Below, in pieces: positions 28,365 to 41,181 of a stretch of DNA of 64,000 bases. Position 1 is the stretch's first letter. The number at the start of each line of letters is the position of its first letter. The position numbers and the translations under genes are program-made. This DNA is from the human T2T-CHM13v2.0 reference genome, Homo sapiens: NCBI GenBank assembly GCA_009914755.4, contig CP086569.2, positions 53,888,001 to 53,952,000 on the forward strand, given 5' to 3'. The notes under the pieces are model-generated. The model was not told the DNA's origin, ran no database searches, and worked only from the letters and a program-made list of their open reading frames with translations.

Positions 28365-31300
28365 ATGCAATCCAATAGAATGGAGTCGAATGGCAGGGAA
28401 TATAAAGAAATGGAATCGAAGAGAATCGAAGCAAATGGAATGGAATTGAATGGAATGGAATTGAATGGAATGGGAACGAATGGAGTGAAATTGTATGCAG
28501 TAGAAGAGAATAGAATGGAATGCAAGCGAAAGGAAAGGAATGGATTGGAATGGAATGGAATTCATTGGAATGGAAGGGAATGTAGTGTAATGGACAGGCC
28601 TGGAATAAAGTGGAATGCTACGGTCTTGAATGGAATAAAAATGTATGGAATGGAATGCAATGAAACGGAATCGAATGTCATAGAATGTAATGCAATGCAA
28701 AAAAATGGAATCCAAAATCATTGACTGGAAAGTCTGGGTGTCGAAAGGAATTGACTCCAATGGAGTGGAATCGAATGGAATGGAAGTGAATAGAATCAAA
28801 CTAAATCGAATGGAATGGAATTGATAGGAACGGAATGGAAAGGAATGCAATGATTTGGCATGGAATGGAATCGAATGTCTTCAAATGGAATGGAATGGAA
28901 TGCAATGGAATGGAATGTATTAGAATGTAATGAACTTTAATGGAATATACTCGAATGGATTCGACTGGAATGGAATGTTCTGGAAGTGAATGGACTCCAA
29001 TGGAATGGATTCAAAAGGAATGGAATCGTACGCAATGGAATCTAATGGAATGGAATTAAATGGAAATGAATCAAATTGAATAGCACGGAATTGAATTGAA
29101 TGGAATGGAATGCAATGGAATCTAATGAAACGGAAAGGAAAGGAATGCAATGGAATGGAATGGGCTGGAATGGAAAGGAATCGAAACGAATGGAATGGAA
29201 TCGAACTGAAGAGACTGGAATGGAAAGCACTGGAATGGAAGGGAGTGTAATGTAAGGTTCTCGAAAAAAATGGAATCGAATGGAATGCAATTGAATGGAA
29301 CGGAATAGAGTCGAATGCAATTGAATGGAATGGAATGGACTAGAGTGAAATGGAATCGAACCACAAGGAATGGACAGGAATAGAATGGTCTCGAATTGAA
29401 TGGAATCGTATGGAATGGCATCAAACGGAATGGAATGGACAGCCACGGAATGGAATGGACAGCCACGGAATGGAATGCACTCGAATGCAATGGAGTCGAC
29501 ACTAATGGACTGGAATAGAATGGACTCGACTGGTACGGACTCCAATGGAATGGAATCGAATGGAAGGGAATCGAACGGAATGGACTCGAAGGGAAAAGAC
29601 TGCAATGGAAAGGTCTCGAATGGAATGGAAATTAATGGAATGGAATGGAATCGAATGAAATGGAGGCAAAAGGAATGGAATCGAATGGCAAGAAATCGAA
29701 TGTAATGGAATCGCAAGGAATTGATGTGAACGGAACGGAATGGAATGGAATCCAAAGGAATGGAATAGAATGGAATGGAATCGAATGGAAAGGACTCGAA
29801 TGGAAATCACTCGAATAGAATGCAATTTAATAAAATAGGATCAAATGTAATGGAATGGAATGGAAAGGAATCGAATCGAAAGGAATGGAGACAGATGGAA
29901 TGGAATGGAACAGACAGCAATGGTATAGAATGGAATGGAATCATCTGGAATGGAATTGAATGGAATGGAATAATATGAAATGGAATGGAATTGAATGGAA
30001 TGGAATGCCCTTGAATTAAATGGACTGGAATGGAATGGACTCGAACAGAGTGGAATGGAAAGTGTTGAAATAGAATGGAATGGACTCGTTTGGAATGGTC
30101 TAGTATGCAATGCAATCGACTGGCAGGGAATCAAAAGGAATGTAATGGAATGGATTGGACTGGAATGCAATGGACTCGAATAGATTGGAAACGGAATACA
30201 AAGGAATGGAATGGAATAGTATGGAATGGAATGGAAAGGAATGGAGTGGAATAGACTATAGTGGAACGGAATGGACTGGAAAGCAATGGACTGGAATGGA
30301 ACTTTCTTGAATGGACTGGAATCAAACGGAATGGAATGCAATGCAATCAAATGGCATGGAATAAAATAGAATGAAAGAGAATCAAATGGAATTGAATCGA
30401 ATGGAATAGAATGGATTGGAAAGGAATAGAATGGAATGGAATGGAATTGACTCAAATGGAATGGACTAGAATGGAATGGATTCGAATGGAAGGCAAAGGA
30501 ATGGAATCTATTGGAATGGACTGTAATGGAATGGAATGGAAGGGATTGGAATGTACTCGAATGGAATGGACTGCAATAGAAAGGATTCGAATGGAATGAA
30601 AAAGAATTGAATGGAATAGAACAGAATGGAATCAAATCGAATGAAATGGAATGGAATAGAAAGGAATGGAATGAAATGGAATGGAAAGGATTCGAATGGA
30701 ATGCAATCGAATGGAATGGAATCGAACGGAATGGAATAAAATGGAAGAAAACTGGCAAGAAATGGAGTCGAAATGAATGGAGTGTTATGGAACGGACTCA
30801 AAAGGAATTGAATGTAATAGAATGGAGTGGAGTGGACTCGAATATAATGGACTGGAATGGAATGAAATCACATGGAATGGGAACGAATGGAATGGAATGG
30901 AAATGAATGGAATCGAATGGAAAGGAATCGAATGGAAGGGAATGAAATTGAATCAACAGGAATGGAAGGGAGTAGAATAGACGGTAATGGAATGGACTCG
31001 AATAGAATGGACACGAATGCTCAAATTGAATGGACTCGAATGGAATGGAAACGAAAGGAATGTCATCGAATGGAATTGAATCGATTGGAATGAAATCACA
31101 TAGAATGGAGTGGAATCAAATGGAATTGAATCGAAAGGAAAGGAAGCGAATGGACTGAAATGAAATGGAATGGAATTGAATGGAAATTAATGCAATGGAA
31201 TAGAATGGAACGAAATTTCACGGAATGGAATCAAACTGAATGGAATCAAATCAATGGAATATAATCAAATGGAATGGAAAGGAATTGAATGGAGTAGATT

Positions 31301-31913
31301 GGATTGGATGGGATTGGAATGAAATGTACTGGAAAGGACTCGAATTTCATGAAACGGAATGGAATGAATTGGAACGGAATGGACCTGAATGGAATGGAAT
31401 GTCATGGAATGGCATCAAATGGAATGGAATCGAATGCGATGGAATGCTATGGAATGGAATGGAATGCATTGGAATGGAATGTCCTCTAATGGAATGTATT
31501 CGAGTGGAATGGAATCGAATATAATGGAGTCTAATGAAAGGGAATTGAAAGGAATGGGACCGAATACAATGGAATATACTGGAATGTAATGTAATGAACT
31601 CGAATGTAATTGACTGGAATGGAATGTACATGAATGGAATGTAATCGAATGGAAAGCAATCGAATGGAATAGAATCTAATGCAATAAAATGGACTCAAAT
31701 AGAGTAGAATGTAATGGAATGGAGTGCAGTGCAATGGAATGGAATGGAATGGAATGCAATGGAATGGAATGGAATGGAATGGGATGGAATGGTATGGAAT
31801 GGATAGTAATGGACTGGAGTGAAATGGACTGGAAAAGAATGGACTCAAATTGAAAGGGCTCGAAAGGAATGGAGTCAAATGGAATGGTCTGGAATGGAAT
31901 GAACATGAATGTA
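28365..31913 (+). repeat. HOR unit U9 (3549 bp); divergent subtype sharing private variants with U10
   Basis: Anchor at 28365. Shared with U10: a 20-bp tandem duplication ggaatggaatggacagccac (29427-29466), gtcgacactaatgg, and gtgttgaaatagaatggaatggactcgtttggaatggtctag. Confidence 0.8.
29427..29466 (+). repeat. 20-bp perfect tandem duplication ggaatggaatggacagccac (U9)
   Basis: Read directly from the sequence. Single copy in other units. Confidence 0.9.
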
Positions 31914-32965
31914 ATGCAATCCAATAGAATGGAATCGAATGGCATGGAATATAAAGAAATGGAATCGAAGAGAATGGAAACAAATGGAATGGAATTGAAT
32001 GGAATGGAATTGAATGGAATGGGAACGAATGGAGTGAAATTGTATGCAGTAGAAGAGAATAGAATGGAATGCAAGCGAAAGGAAAGGAATGGATTGGAAT
32101 GGAATGGAATTCATTGGAATGGAAGGGAATGTAGTGTAATGGACAGGCCTGGAATAAAGTGGAATGCTACGGTCTCGAATGGAATAAAAATGTATGGAAT
32201 GGAATGCAATGAAACGGAATCGAATGTCATAGAATGTAATGGAATGCAAAAAAATGGAATCCAAAATCATTGACTGGAAAGGCTGGGTGTCGAAAGGAAT
32301 TGACTCCAATGGAATGGAATCGAATGGAATGGAAGTGAATAGAATCGAACGAAATCGAATGGAATGGAATTGATAGGAACGGAATGGAAAGGAATGCAAT
32401 GATTTGGCATGGAATGGAATCGAATGGCATCGAATGGAATGGAATGGAATGCAATGGAATGGAATGTATTAGAATGTAATGAACTTTAATGGAATGTACT
32501 CGAATGGATTCGACTGGAATGGAATGTTCTCGAAGTGAATGGACTCCAATGGAATGGATTCGAAAGGAATGGAGTCTAATGGAATGGAATTAAATGGAAA
32601 TGAATCAAATTGAATAGAACGGAATTGAATTGAATGGAATCGAATGCAATGGAATCTAATGAAATGGAAAGGAAAGGAATGGAATGGATTGGAATGGAAT
32701 GGGCTGGAATGGAATGGAATCGAAACGAATGGAATGGAATCGAACTGAAGAGACTGGAATGGAATGCACTGGAATGGAAGGGAATGTAATGGAAGGTTCT
32801 CGAAAAAAATGGAATCGAAAGGAATGGAATTGAATGGAACGGAATAGAGTCGAATGGAATTCAATGGAATGGAATGGACTAGAGTGAAATGGAATCGAAC
32901 CACAAGGAATGGACAGGAATAGAATGGTCTCGAATTGAATGGAATCGTATGGAATGGCATCAAAC

Positions 32966-33005
32966 GGAATGGAATGGACAGCCACGGAATGGAATGGACA
33001 GCCAC
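32966..33005 (+). repeat. Same 20-bp tandem duplication ggaatggaatggacagccac (U10)
   Basis: Read directly. Shared only by the adjacent units U9 and U10. Confidence 0.9.
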
Positions 33006-33389
33006 GGAATGGAATGCACTCGAATGCAATGGAGTCGACACTAATGGACTGGAATAGAATGGACTCGACTGGTACGGACTCCAATGGAATGGAATCGAAT
33101 GGAAGGGAATCGAACGGAATGGACTCGAAGGGAAAAGACTGCAATGGAAAGGTCTCGAATGGAATGGAAATTAATGGAATGGAATGGAATCGAATGAAAT
33201 GGAGTCAAAAGGAATGGAATCGAATGTCAAGAAATCGAATGTAATGGAATCGCAAGGAATTGATGTGAACGGAACGGAATGGAATGGAATCCAAAGGAAT
33301 GGAATAGAATGGAATGGAATCGAATGGAAAGGACTCGAATGGAAATCACTCGAATAGAATGCAATTTAATAAAATAGGATCAAATGTAA

Positions 33390-34090
33390 TGGAATGGAAT
33401 GGAAAGGAATCGAAACGAAAGGAAAGGAGACAGATGGAATGGAATGGAACAGAGAGCAATGGTATAGAATGGAATGGAATCATCTGGAATGGAATTGAAT
33501 GGAATGGAATAATATGAAATGGAAAGGAATGGAATGGAATGCCCTTGAATTAAATGGACTGGAATGGAATGGACTCGAACAGAGTGGAATGGAAAGTGTT
33601 GAAATAGAATGGAATGGACTCGTTTGGAATGGTCTAGTATGCAATGCAATCGACTGGCAGGGAATCAAAAGGAATGTAATCGAATGGATTGGACTGGAAT
33701 GCAATGGACTCGAATAGATTGGAAACGGAAAGCAAAGGAATGGAATGGAAAGGAATCGAAACGAAAGGAATGGAGACAGATGGAATGGAATGGAACAGAG
33801 AGCAATGGTATAGAATGGAATGGAATCATCTGGAATGGAATTGAATGGAATGGAATAATATGAAATGGAATGGAATGGAATGGAATGGAATGCCCTTGAA
33901 TTAAATGGACTGGACTCGAACAGAGTGGAATGGAAAGTGTTGAGATAGAATGGAATGGACTCCTTTGGAATGGTGTAGTATGCAATGCAATCGACTGGCA
34001 GGGAATCAAAAGGAATGTAATGGAATGGACTGGACTGGAATGCAATGGACTCGAATAGATTGGAAACGGAATGCAAAGGAATGGAATGGA
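33390..34090 (+). repeat. Two tandem copies of a ~347-bp HOR sub-block inside U10 (junction ~33725-33750)
   Basis: ggaaaggaatcgaaacgaaagg occurs at 33401 and again at 33748. The junction sequence attggaaacggaaAgcaaaggaatggaatggaaaggaatcgaaacg joins two normally non-adjacent parts of the HOR. Copy 1 carries U9/U10-type variants; copy 2 carries standard subtype-C variants. Confidence 0.8.
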
Positions 34091-35813
34091 ATAGTTTGGA
34101 ATGGAATGGAAAGGAATGGAGTGGAATAGACTAGAGTGGAATGGAATGGACTGGAAAGCAATGGACTGGAATGGAACTTTCTTGAATGGACTGGAATCAA
34201 ACGGAATGGAATGCAATGCAATCAAATGGCATGGAATAAAATAGAATGAAAGAGAATCAAATGGAATTGAATCGAATGGAATCGAATGGATTGGAAAGGA
34301 ATAGAATGGAATGGAATGGAATGGACTCAAATGGAATGGACTAGAATGGAATGGATTCGAATGGAAGGCAAAGGAATGGAATCTATTGGAATGGACTGTA
34401 ATGGAATGGAATGGAAGGGATTGGAATGGACTCGAATGGAATGGACTGCAATAGAAAGGATTCGAATGGAATGAAAAAGAATTGAATGGAATAGAACAGA
34501 ATGGAATCAAATCGAATGAAATGGAATGGAATAGAAAGGAATGGAATGAAATGGAATGGAAAGGATTCGAATGGAATGCAATCGAATGGAATGGAATCGA
34601 ACGGAATGGAATAAAATGGAAGAAAACTGGCAAGAAATGGAATCGAAATGAATGGAGTGTTATGGAACGGACTCAAAAGGAATTGAATGTAATAGAATGG
34701 AGTGGAGTGGACTCGAATATAATGGACTGGAATGGAATGAAATCACATGGAATGGGAACGAATGGAATGGAATGGAAAGGAATGGAATCGAATGGAAAGG
34801 AATCGAATGGAAGGGAATGAAATTGAATCAACAGGAATGGAAGGGAATAGAATAGACGGTAATGGAATGGACTCGAATTGAATGGACACGAATGCTCAAA
34901 TTGAATGGACTCGAATGGAATGGAAACGAAAGGAATGTCATCGAATGGAATTGAATCGATTGGAATGAAATCGCATAGAATGGAGTGGAATCAAATGGAA
35001 TTGAATCGAAAGGAAAGGAAGCGAATGGACTGAAATGAAATGGAATGGAATTGAATGGAAAGTAATGCAATGGAATAGAATGGAACGAAATTTCACGGAA
35101 TGGAATCAAACTGAATGGAATCAAATCAATGGAATCAAATCAAATGGAATGGAAAGGAATTGAATGGAGTAGATTGGATTCGATGGGATTGGAATGAAAT
35201 GTACTGGAAAGGACTCGAATTTCATGAAACGGAATGGAATGAATTGGAACGGAATGGACTCGAATGGAATGGAATGTCATGGAATGGCATCAAATGGAAT
35301 GGCATCAAATGGAATGGAATCGAATGCAATGGAATGCTATGGAATGGAATGGAATGCATTGGAATGGAATGTCCTCTAATGGAATGGATTCGAGTGGAAT
35401 GGAATCGAATATAATGGAGTCGAATGAAATGGAATTGAAAGGAGTGGGATCGAATACAATGGAATATACTGGAATGTAATGTAATGAACTCGAATGTAAT
35501 TGACTGGAATGGAATGTACATGAATGGAATGTAATCCAATGGAAAGTAATCCAATAGAATAGAATCTAATGCAATAAAACCGACTCAGATAGAGTAGAAT
35601 GTAATGGAATGGAGTGCAGTGCAATGGAATGGAATGGAATGGAATGCAATGGAATGGAATGGAATGGAATGGAATGGAATGGGATGGAATGGGATGGAAT
35701 GGATAGTAATGGACTGGAGTGAAATGGACTGGAAAGGAATGGACTCAAATTGAAAGGGCTCGAAAGGAATGGAGTCAAATGGAATGGTCTGGAATGGAAT
35801 GAACACGAATGTA

Positions 35814-38800
35814 ATGCAATCCAATAGAACGGAATCGAATGGCATGGAATATAAAGAAATGGAATCGAAGAGAATGGAAACAAATGGAATGGAATTGAAT
35901 GGAATGGAATTGAATGGAATGGGAACGAATGGAGTGAAATTGTATGCAGTAGAAGGGAATAGAATGGAATGCAAGCGAAAGGAAAGGAATGGATTGGAAT
36001 GGAATGGAATTCATTGGAATGGAAGGGAATGTAGTGTAATGGACAGGCCTGGAATAAAGTGGAATGCTACGGTCTCGAATGGAATAAAAATGTATGGAAT
36101 GGAATGCAATGAAACGGAATCGAATGTCATAGAATGTAATGGAATGCAAAAAAATGGAATCCAAAATCATTGACTGGAAAGGCTGTGTGGCGAAAGGAGT
36201 TGACTCCAATGGAATGGAATCGAATGGAATGGAAGTGAATAGAATCGAACTAAATCGAATGGAATGGAATTGATAGGAACGGAATGGAAAGGAATGCAAT
36301 GATTTGGCATGGAATGGAATCGAATGGCATCGAATGGAATGGAATGGAATGCAATGGAATGGAATGTATTAGAATGTAATGAACTTTAATGGAATGTACT
36401 CGAATGGATTCGACTGGAATGGAATGTTCTGGAAGTGAATGGACTCCAATGGAATGGATTCAAAAGGAATGGAATCGTACGGAATGGAATCTAATGGAAT
36501 GGAATTAAATGGAAGTGAATCAAATTGAATAGCACGGAATTGAATTGAATGGAATGGAATGCAACGGAATCTAATGAAACGGAAAGGAAAGGAATGGAAT
36601 GGAATGGAATGGGCTGGAATGGAAAGGAATCGAAACGAATGGAATGGAATCGAACTGAAGAGACTGGAATGGAATGCACTGGAATGGAAGGGAGTTTAAT
36701 GGAAGGTTCTCGAAAAAAATGGAATCGAATGGAATGGAATTGAATGGAACGGAATAGAGTCGAATGGAATTGAATGGAATGGAATGGACTAGAGTGAAAT
36801 GGAATCGAACCACAAGGAATGGACAGGAATAGAATGGTCTCGAATTGAATGGAATCGTATGGAATGGCATCAAACGGAATGGAATGGACAGCCACGGAAT
36901 GGAATGCACTCGAATGCAATGGAGTCGAAACTAATGGACTGGAATAGAATGGACTCGACTGGTACGGACTCCAATGGAATGGAATCGAATGGAAGGGAAT
37001 CGAACGGAATGGACTCGAAGGGAAAAGACTGCAATGGAAAGGTCTCGAATGGAATGGAAATTAATGGAATGGAATGGAATCGAATGAAATGGAGTCAAAA
37101 GGAATGGAATCGAATGGCAAGAAATCGAATGAAATGGAATCGCAAGGAATTGATGTGAACGGAACGGAATGGAATGGAATCCAAAGGAATGGAATAGAAT
37201 GGAATGGAATCGAATGGAAAGGACTCGAATGGAAATCACTCGAATAGAATGCAGTTTAATAAAATAGGATCAAATGTAATGGAATGGAATGGAAAGGAAT
37301 CGAAACGAAAGGAATGGAGACAGATGGAATGGAATGGAACAGAGAGCAATGGTATAGAATGGAATGGAATCATCTGGAATGGAATTGAATGGAATGGAAT
37401 AATATGAAATGGAATGGAATGGAATGGAATGGAATGCCCTTGAATTAAATGGACTGGAATGGAATGGACTCGAACAGAGTGGAATGGAAAGTGTTGAGAT
37501 AGAATGGAATGGACTCCTTTGGAATGGTGTAGTATGCAATGCAATCGACTGGCAGGGAATCAAAAGGAATGTAATGGAATGGATTGGACTGGAATGCAAT
37601 GGACTCGAATAGATTGGAAACGGAATGCAAAGGAATGGAATGGAATAGTATGGAATGGAATGGAAAGGAATGGAGTGGAATAGACTAGAGTGGAATGGAA
37701 TGGACTGGAAAGCAATGGACTGGAATGGAACTTTCTTGAATGGACTGGAATCAAACGGAATGGAATGCAATGCAATCAAATGGCATGGAATAAAATAGAA
37801 TGAAAGAGAATCAAATGGAATTGAATCGAATGGAATCGAATGGATTGGAAAGGAATAGAATGGAATGGAATGGAATGGACTAGAATGGAATGGATTCGAA
37901 TGGAAGGCAAAGGAATGGAATCTATTGGAATGGACTGTAATGGAATGGAATGGAAGGGATTGGAATGGACTCGAATGGAATGGACTGCAATAGAAAGGAT
38001 TCGAATGGAATGAAAAAGAATTGAATGGAATAGAACAGAATGGAATCAAATCGAATGAAATGGAATGGAATAGAAAGGAATGGAATGAAATGGAATGGAA
38101 AGGATTCGAATGGAATGCAATCGAATGGAATGGAATCGAACGGAATGGAATAAAATGGAAGAAAACTGGCAAGAAATGGAATCGAAATGAATGGAGTGTT
38201 ATGGAACGGACTCAAAAGGAATTGAATGTAATAGAATGGAGTGGAGTGGACTCGAATATAATGGACTGGAATGGAATGAAATCACATGGAATGGGAACGA
38301 ATGGAATGGAATGGAAAGGAATGGAATCGAATGGAAAGGAATCGAATGGAAGGGAATGAAATTGAATCAACAGGAATGGAAGGGAATAGAATAGACGGTA
38401 ATGGAATGGACTCGAATAGAATGGACACGAATGCTCAAATTGAATGGACTCGAATGGAATGGAAACGAAAGGAATGTCATCGAATGGAATTGAATCGATT
38501 GGAATGAAATCGCATAGAATGGAGTGGAATCAAATGGAATTGAATCGAAAGGAAAGGAAGCGAATGGACTGAAATGAAATGGAATGGAATTGAATGGAAA
38601 GTAATGCAATGGAATAGAATGGAACGAAATTTCACGGAATGGAATCAAACTGAATGGAATCAAATCAATGGAATCAAATCAAATGGAATGGAAAGGAATT
38701 GAATGGAGTAGATTGGATTGGATGGGATTGGAATGAAATGTACTGGAAAGGACTCGAATTTCATGAAACGGACTGGAATGAATTGGAACGGAATGGACTC

Positions 38801-41181
38801 GAATGGAATGGAATGTCATGGAATGGCATCAAATGGAATGGCATCAAATGGAATGGAATCGAATGCAATGGAATGCTATGGAATGGAATGGAATGCATTG
38901 GAATGGAATGTCCTCTAATGGAATGGATTCGAGTGGAATGGAATCGAATATAATGGAGTCGAATGAAAAGGAATTGAAAGGAGTGGGATCGAATACAATG
39001 GAATATACTGGAATGTAATGTAATGAACTCGAATGTAATTGACTGGAATGGAATGTACATGAATGGAATGTAATCGAATGGAAAGTAATCCAATGGAATA
39101 GAATCTAATGCAATAAAACCGACTCAGATAGAGTAGAATGTAATGGAATGGAGAGCAGTGCAATGGAATGGAATGGAATGGAATGCAATGGAATGGAATG
39201 GAATGGAATGGAATGGAATGGAATGCCCTTGAATTAAATGGACTGGAATGGAATGGACTCCAACAGAGTGGAATGGAAAGTGTTGAGATAGAATGGAATG
39301 GACTCCTTTGGAATGGTGTAGTATGCAATGCAATCGACTGGCAGGGAATCAAAAGGAATGTAATGGAATGGATTGGACTGGAATGCAATGGACTCGAATA
39401 GATTGGAAACGGAATGCAAAGGAATGGAATGGAATAGTATGGAATGGAATGGAAAGGAATGGAGTGGAATAGACTAGAGTGGAATGGAATGGACTGGAAA
39501 GCAATGGACTGGAATGGAACTTTCTTGAATGGACTGGAATCAAACGGAATGGAATGCAATGCAATCAAATGGCATGGAATAAAATAGAATGAAAGAGAAT
39601 CAAATGGAATTGAATCGAATGGAATCGAATGGATTGGAAAGGAATAGAATGGAATGGAATGGAACTGACTCGAATGGAATGGACTAGAATGGAATGGATT
39701 CGAATGGAAGGCAAAGGAATGGAATCTATTGGAATGGACTGTAATGGAATGGAATGGAAAGGATTGGAATGGACTCGAATGGAATGGACTGCAATAGAAA
39801 GGATTCGAATGGAATGAAAAAGAATTGAATGGAATAGAACAGAATGGAATCAAATCGAATGAAATGGAATGGAATAGAAAGGAATGGAATGAAATGGAAT
39901 GGAAAGGATTCGAATGGAATGCAATCGAATGGAATGGAATCGAACGGAATGGAATAAAATGGAAGAAAACTGGCAAGAAATGGAATCGAAATGAATGGAG
40001 TGTTATGGAACGGACTCAAAAGGAATTGAATGTAATAGAATGGAGTGGAGTGGACTCGAATATAATGGAATGGAATGGAATGAAATCACAAGGAATGGGA
40101 ACGAATGGAATGGAATGGAAAGGAATGGAATCGAATGGAAAGGAATCGAATGGAAGGGAATGAAATTGAATCAACAGGAATGGAAGGGAATAGAATAGAC
40201 GGTAATGGAATGGACTCGAATAGAATGGACACGAATGCTCAAATTGAATGGACTCGAATGGAATGGAAACGAAAGGAATGTCATCGAATGGAATTGAATG
40301 GATTGGAATGAAATCGCATAGAATGGAGTGGAATCAAATGGAATTGAATCGAAAGGAAAGGAAGCGAATGGACTGAAATGAAATGGAATGGAATTGAATG
40401 GAAAGTAATGCAATGGAATAGAATGGAACGAAATTTCACGGAATGGAATCAAACTGAATGGAATCAAATCAATGGAATCAAATCAAATGGAATGGAAAGG
40501 AATTGAATGGAGTAGATTGGATTGGATGGGATTGGAATGAAATGTACTGGAAAGGACTCGAATTTCATGAAACGGAATGGAATGAATTGGAACGGAATGG
40601 ACTCGAATGGAATGGAATGTCATGGAATGGCATCAAATGGAATGGCATCAAATGGAATGGAATCGAATGCAATGGAATGCTATGGAATGGAATGGAATGC
40701 ATTGGAATGGAATGTCCTCTAATGGAATGGATTCGAGTAGAATGGAATCGAATATAATGGAGTCGAATGAAATGGAATTGAAAGGAGTGGGATCGAATAC
40801 AATGGAATATACTGGAATGTAATGTAATGAACTCGAATGTAATTGACTGGAATGGAATGTACATGAATGGAATGTAATCGAATGGAAAGTAATCCAATTG
40901 AATAGAATCTAATGCAATAAAACCGACTCAGATAGAGTAGAATGTAATGGAATGGAGTGCAGTGCAATGGAATGGAATGGAATGGAAGGCAATGGAATGG
41001 AATGGAATGGAATGGAATGGAATGGAATGGAATGGAATGGAATGGAATGGGATGGAATGGGATGGAATGGATAGTAATGGACTGGAGTGAAATGGACTGG
41101 AAAGGAATGGACTCAAATTGAAAGGGCTCGAAAGGAATGGAGTCAAATGGAATGGTCTGGAATGGAATGAACACGAATGTA
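35814..41181 (+). repeat. HOR unit U11 (5368 bp); carries a ~1.8-kb internal tandem duplication
   Basis: Anchor at 35814; next anchor at 41182. The block around 37400-39195 is repeated at about 39196-41000, with pseudo-ORF offsets of 1774-1804 bp. The minus-strand pseudo-ORF at 38915..39976 spans the junction. Confidence 0.8.
37400..41000 (+). repeat. Two tandem copies of a ~1.8-kb HOR sub-block inside U11 (junction ~39180-39230, inside a GGAAT run)
   Basis: ggaatgcccttgaattaaatgg occurs at about 37436 and again at about 39225. gagtgcagtgcaatgg occurs at about 39151 and about 40955. The copies differ at diagnostic sites (cacatgg vs cacaagg; presence/absence of ttgactcaaatgg; cgaacagag vs ccaacagag). 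Confidence 0.8.

Larger units (their letters stand above)
31914..35813 (+). repeat. HOR unit U10 (3900 bp); carries a ~347-bp internal tandem duplication
   Basis: Anchor at 31914. The segment around 33390-33740 is repeated at 33740-34090. The + pseudo-ORF at 33609..33863 reads across the novel junction. Confidence 0.8.
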
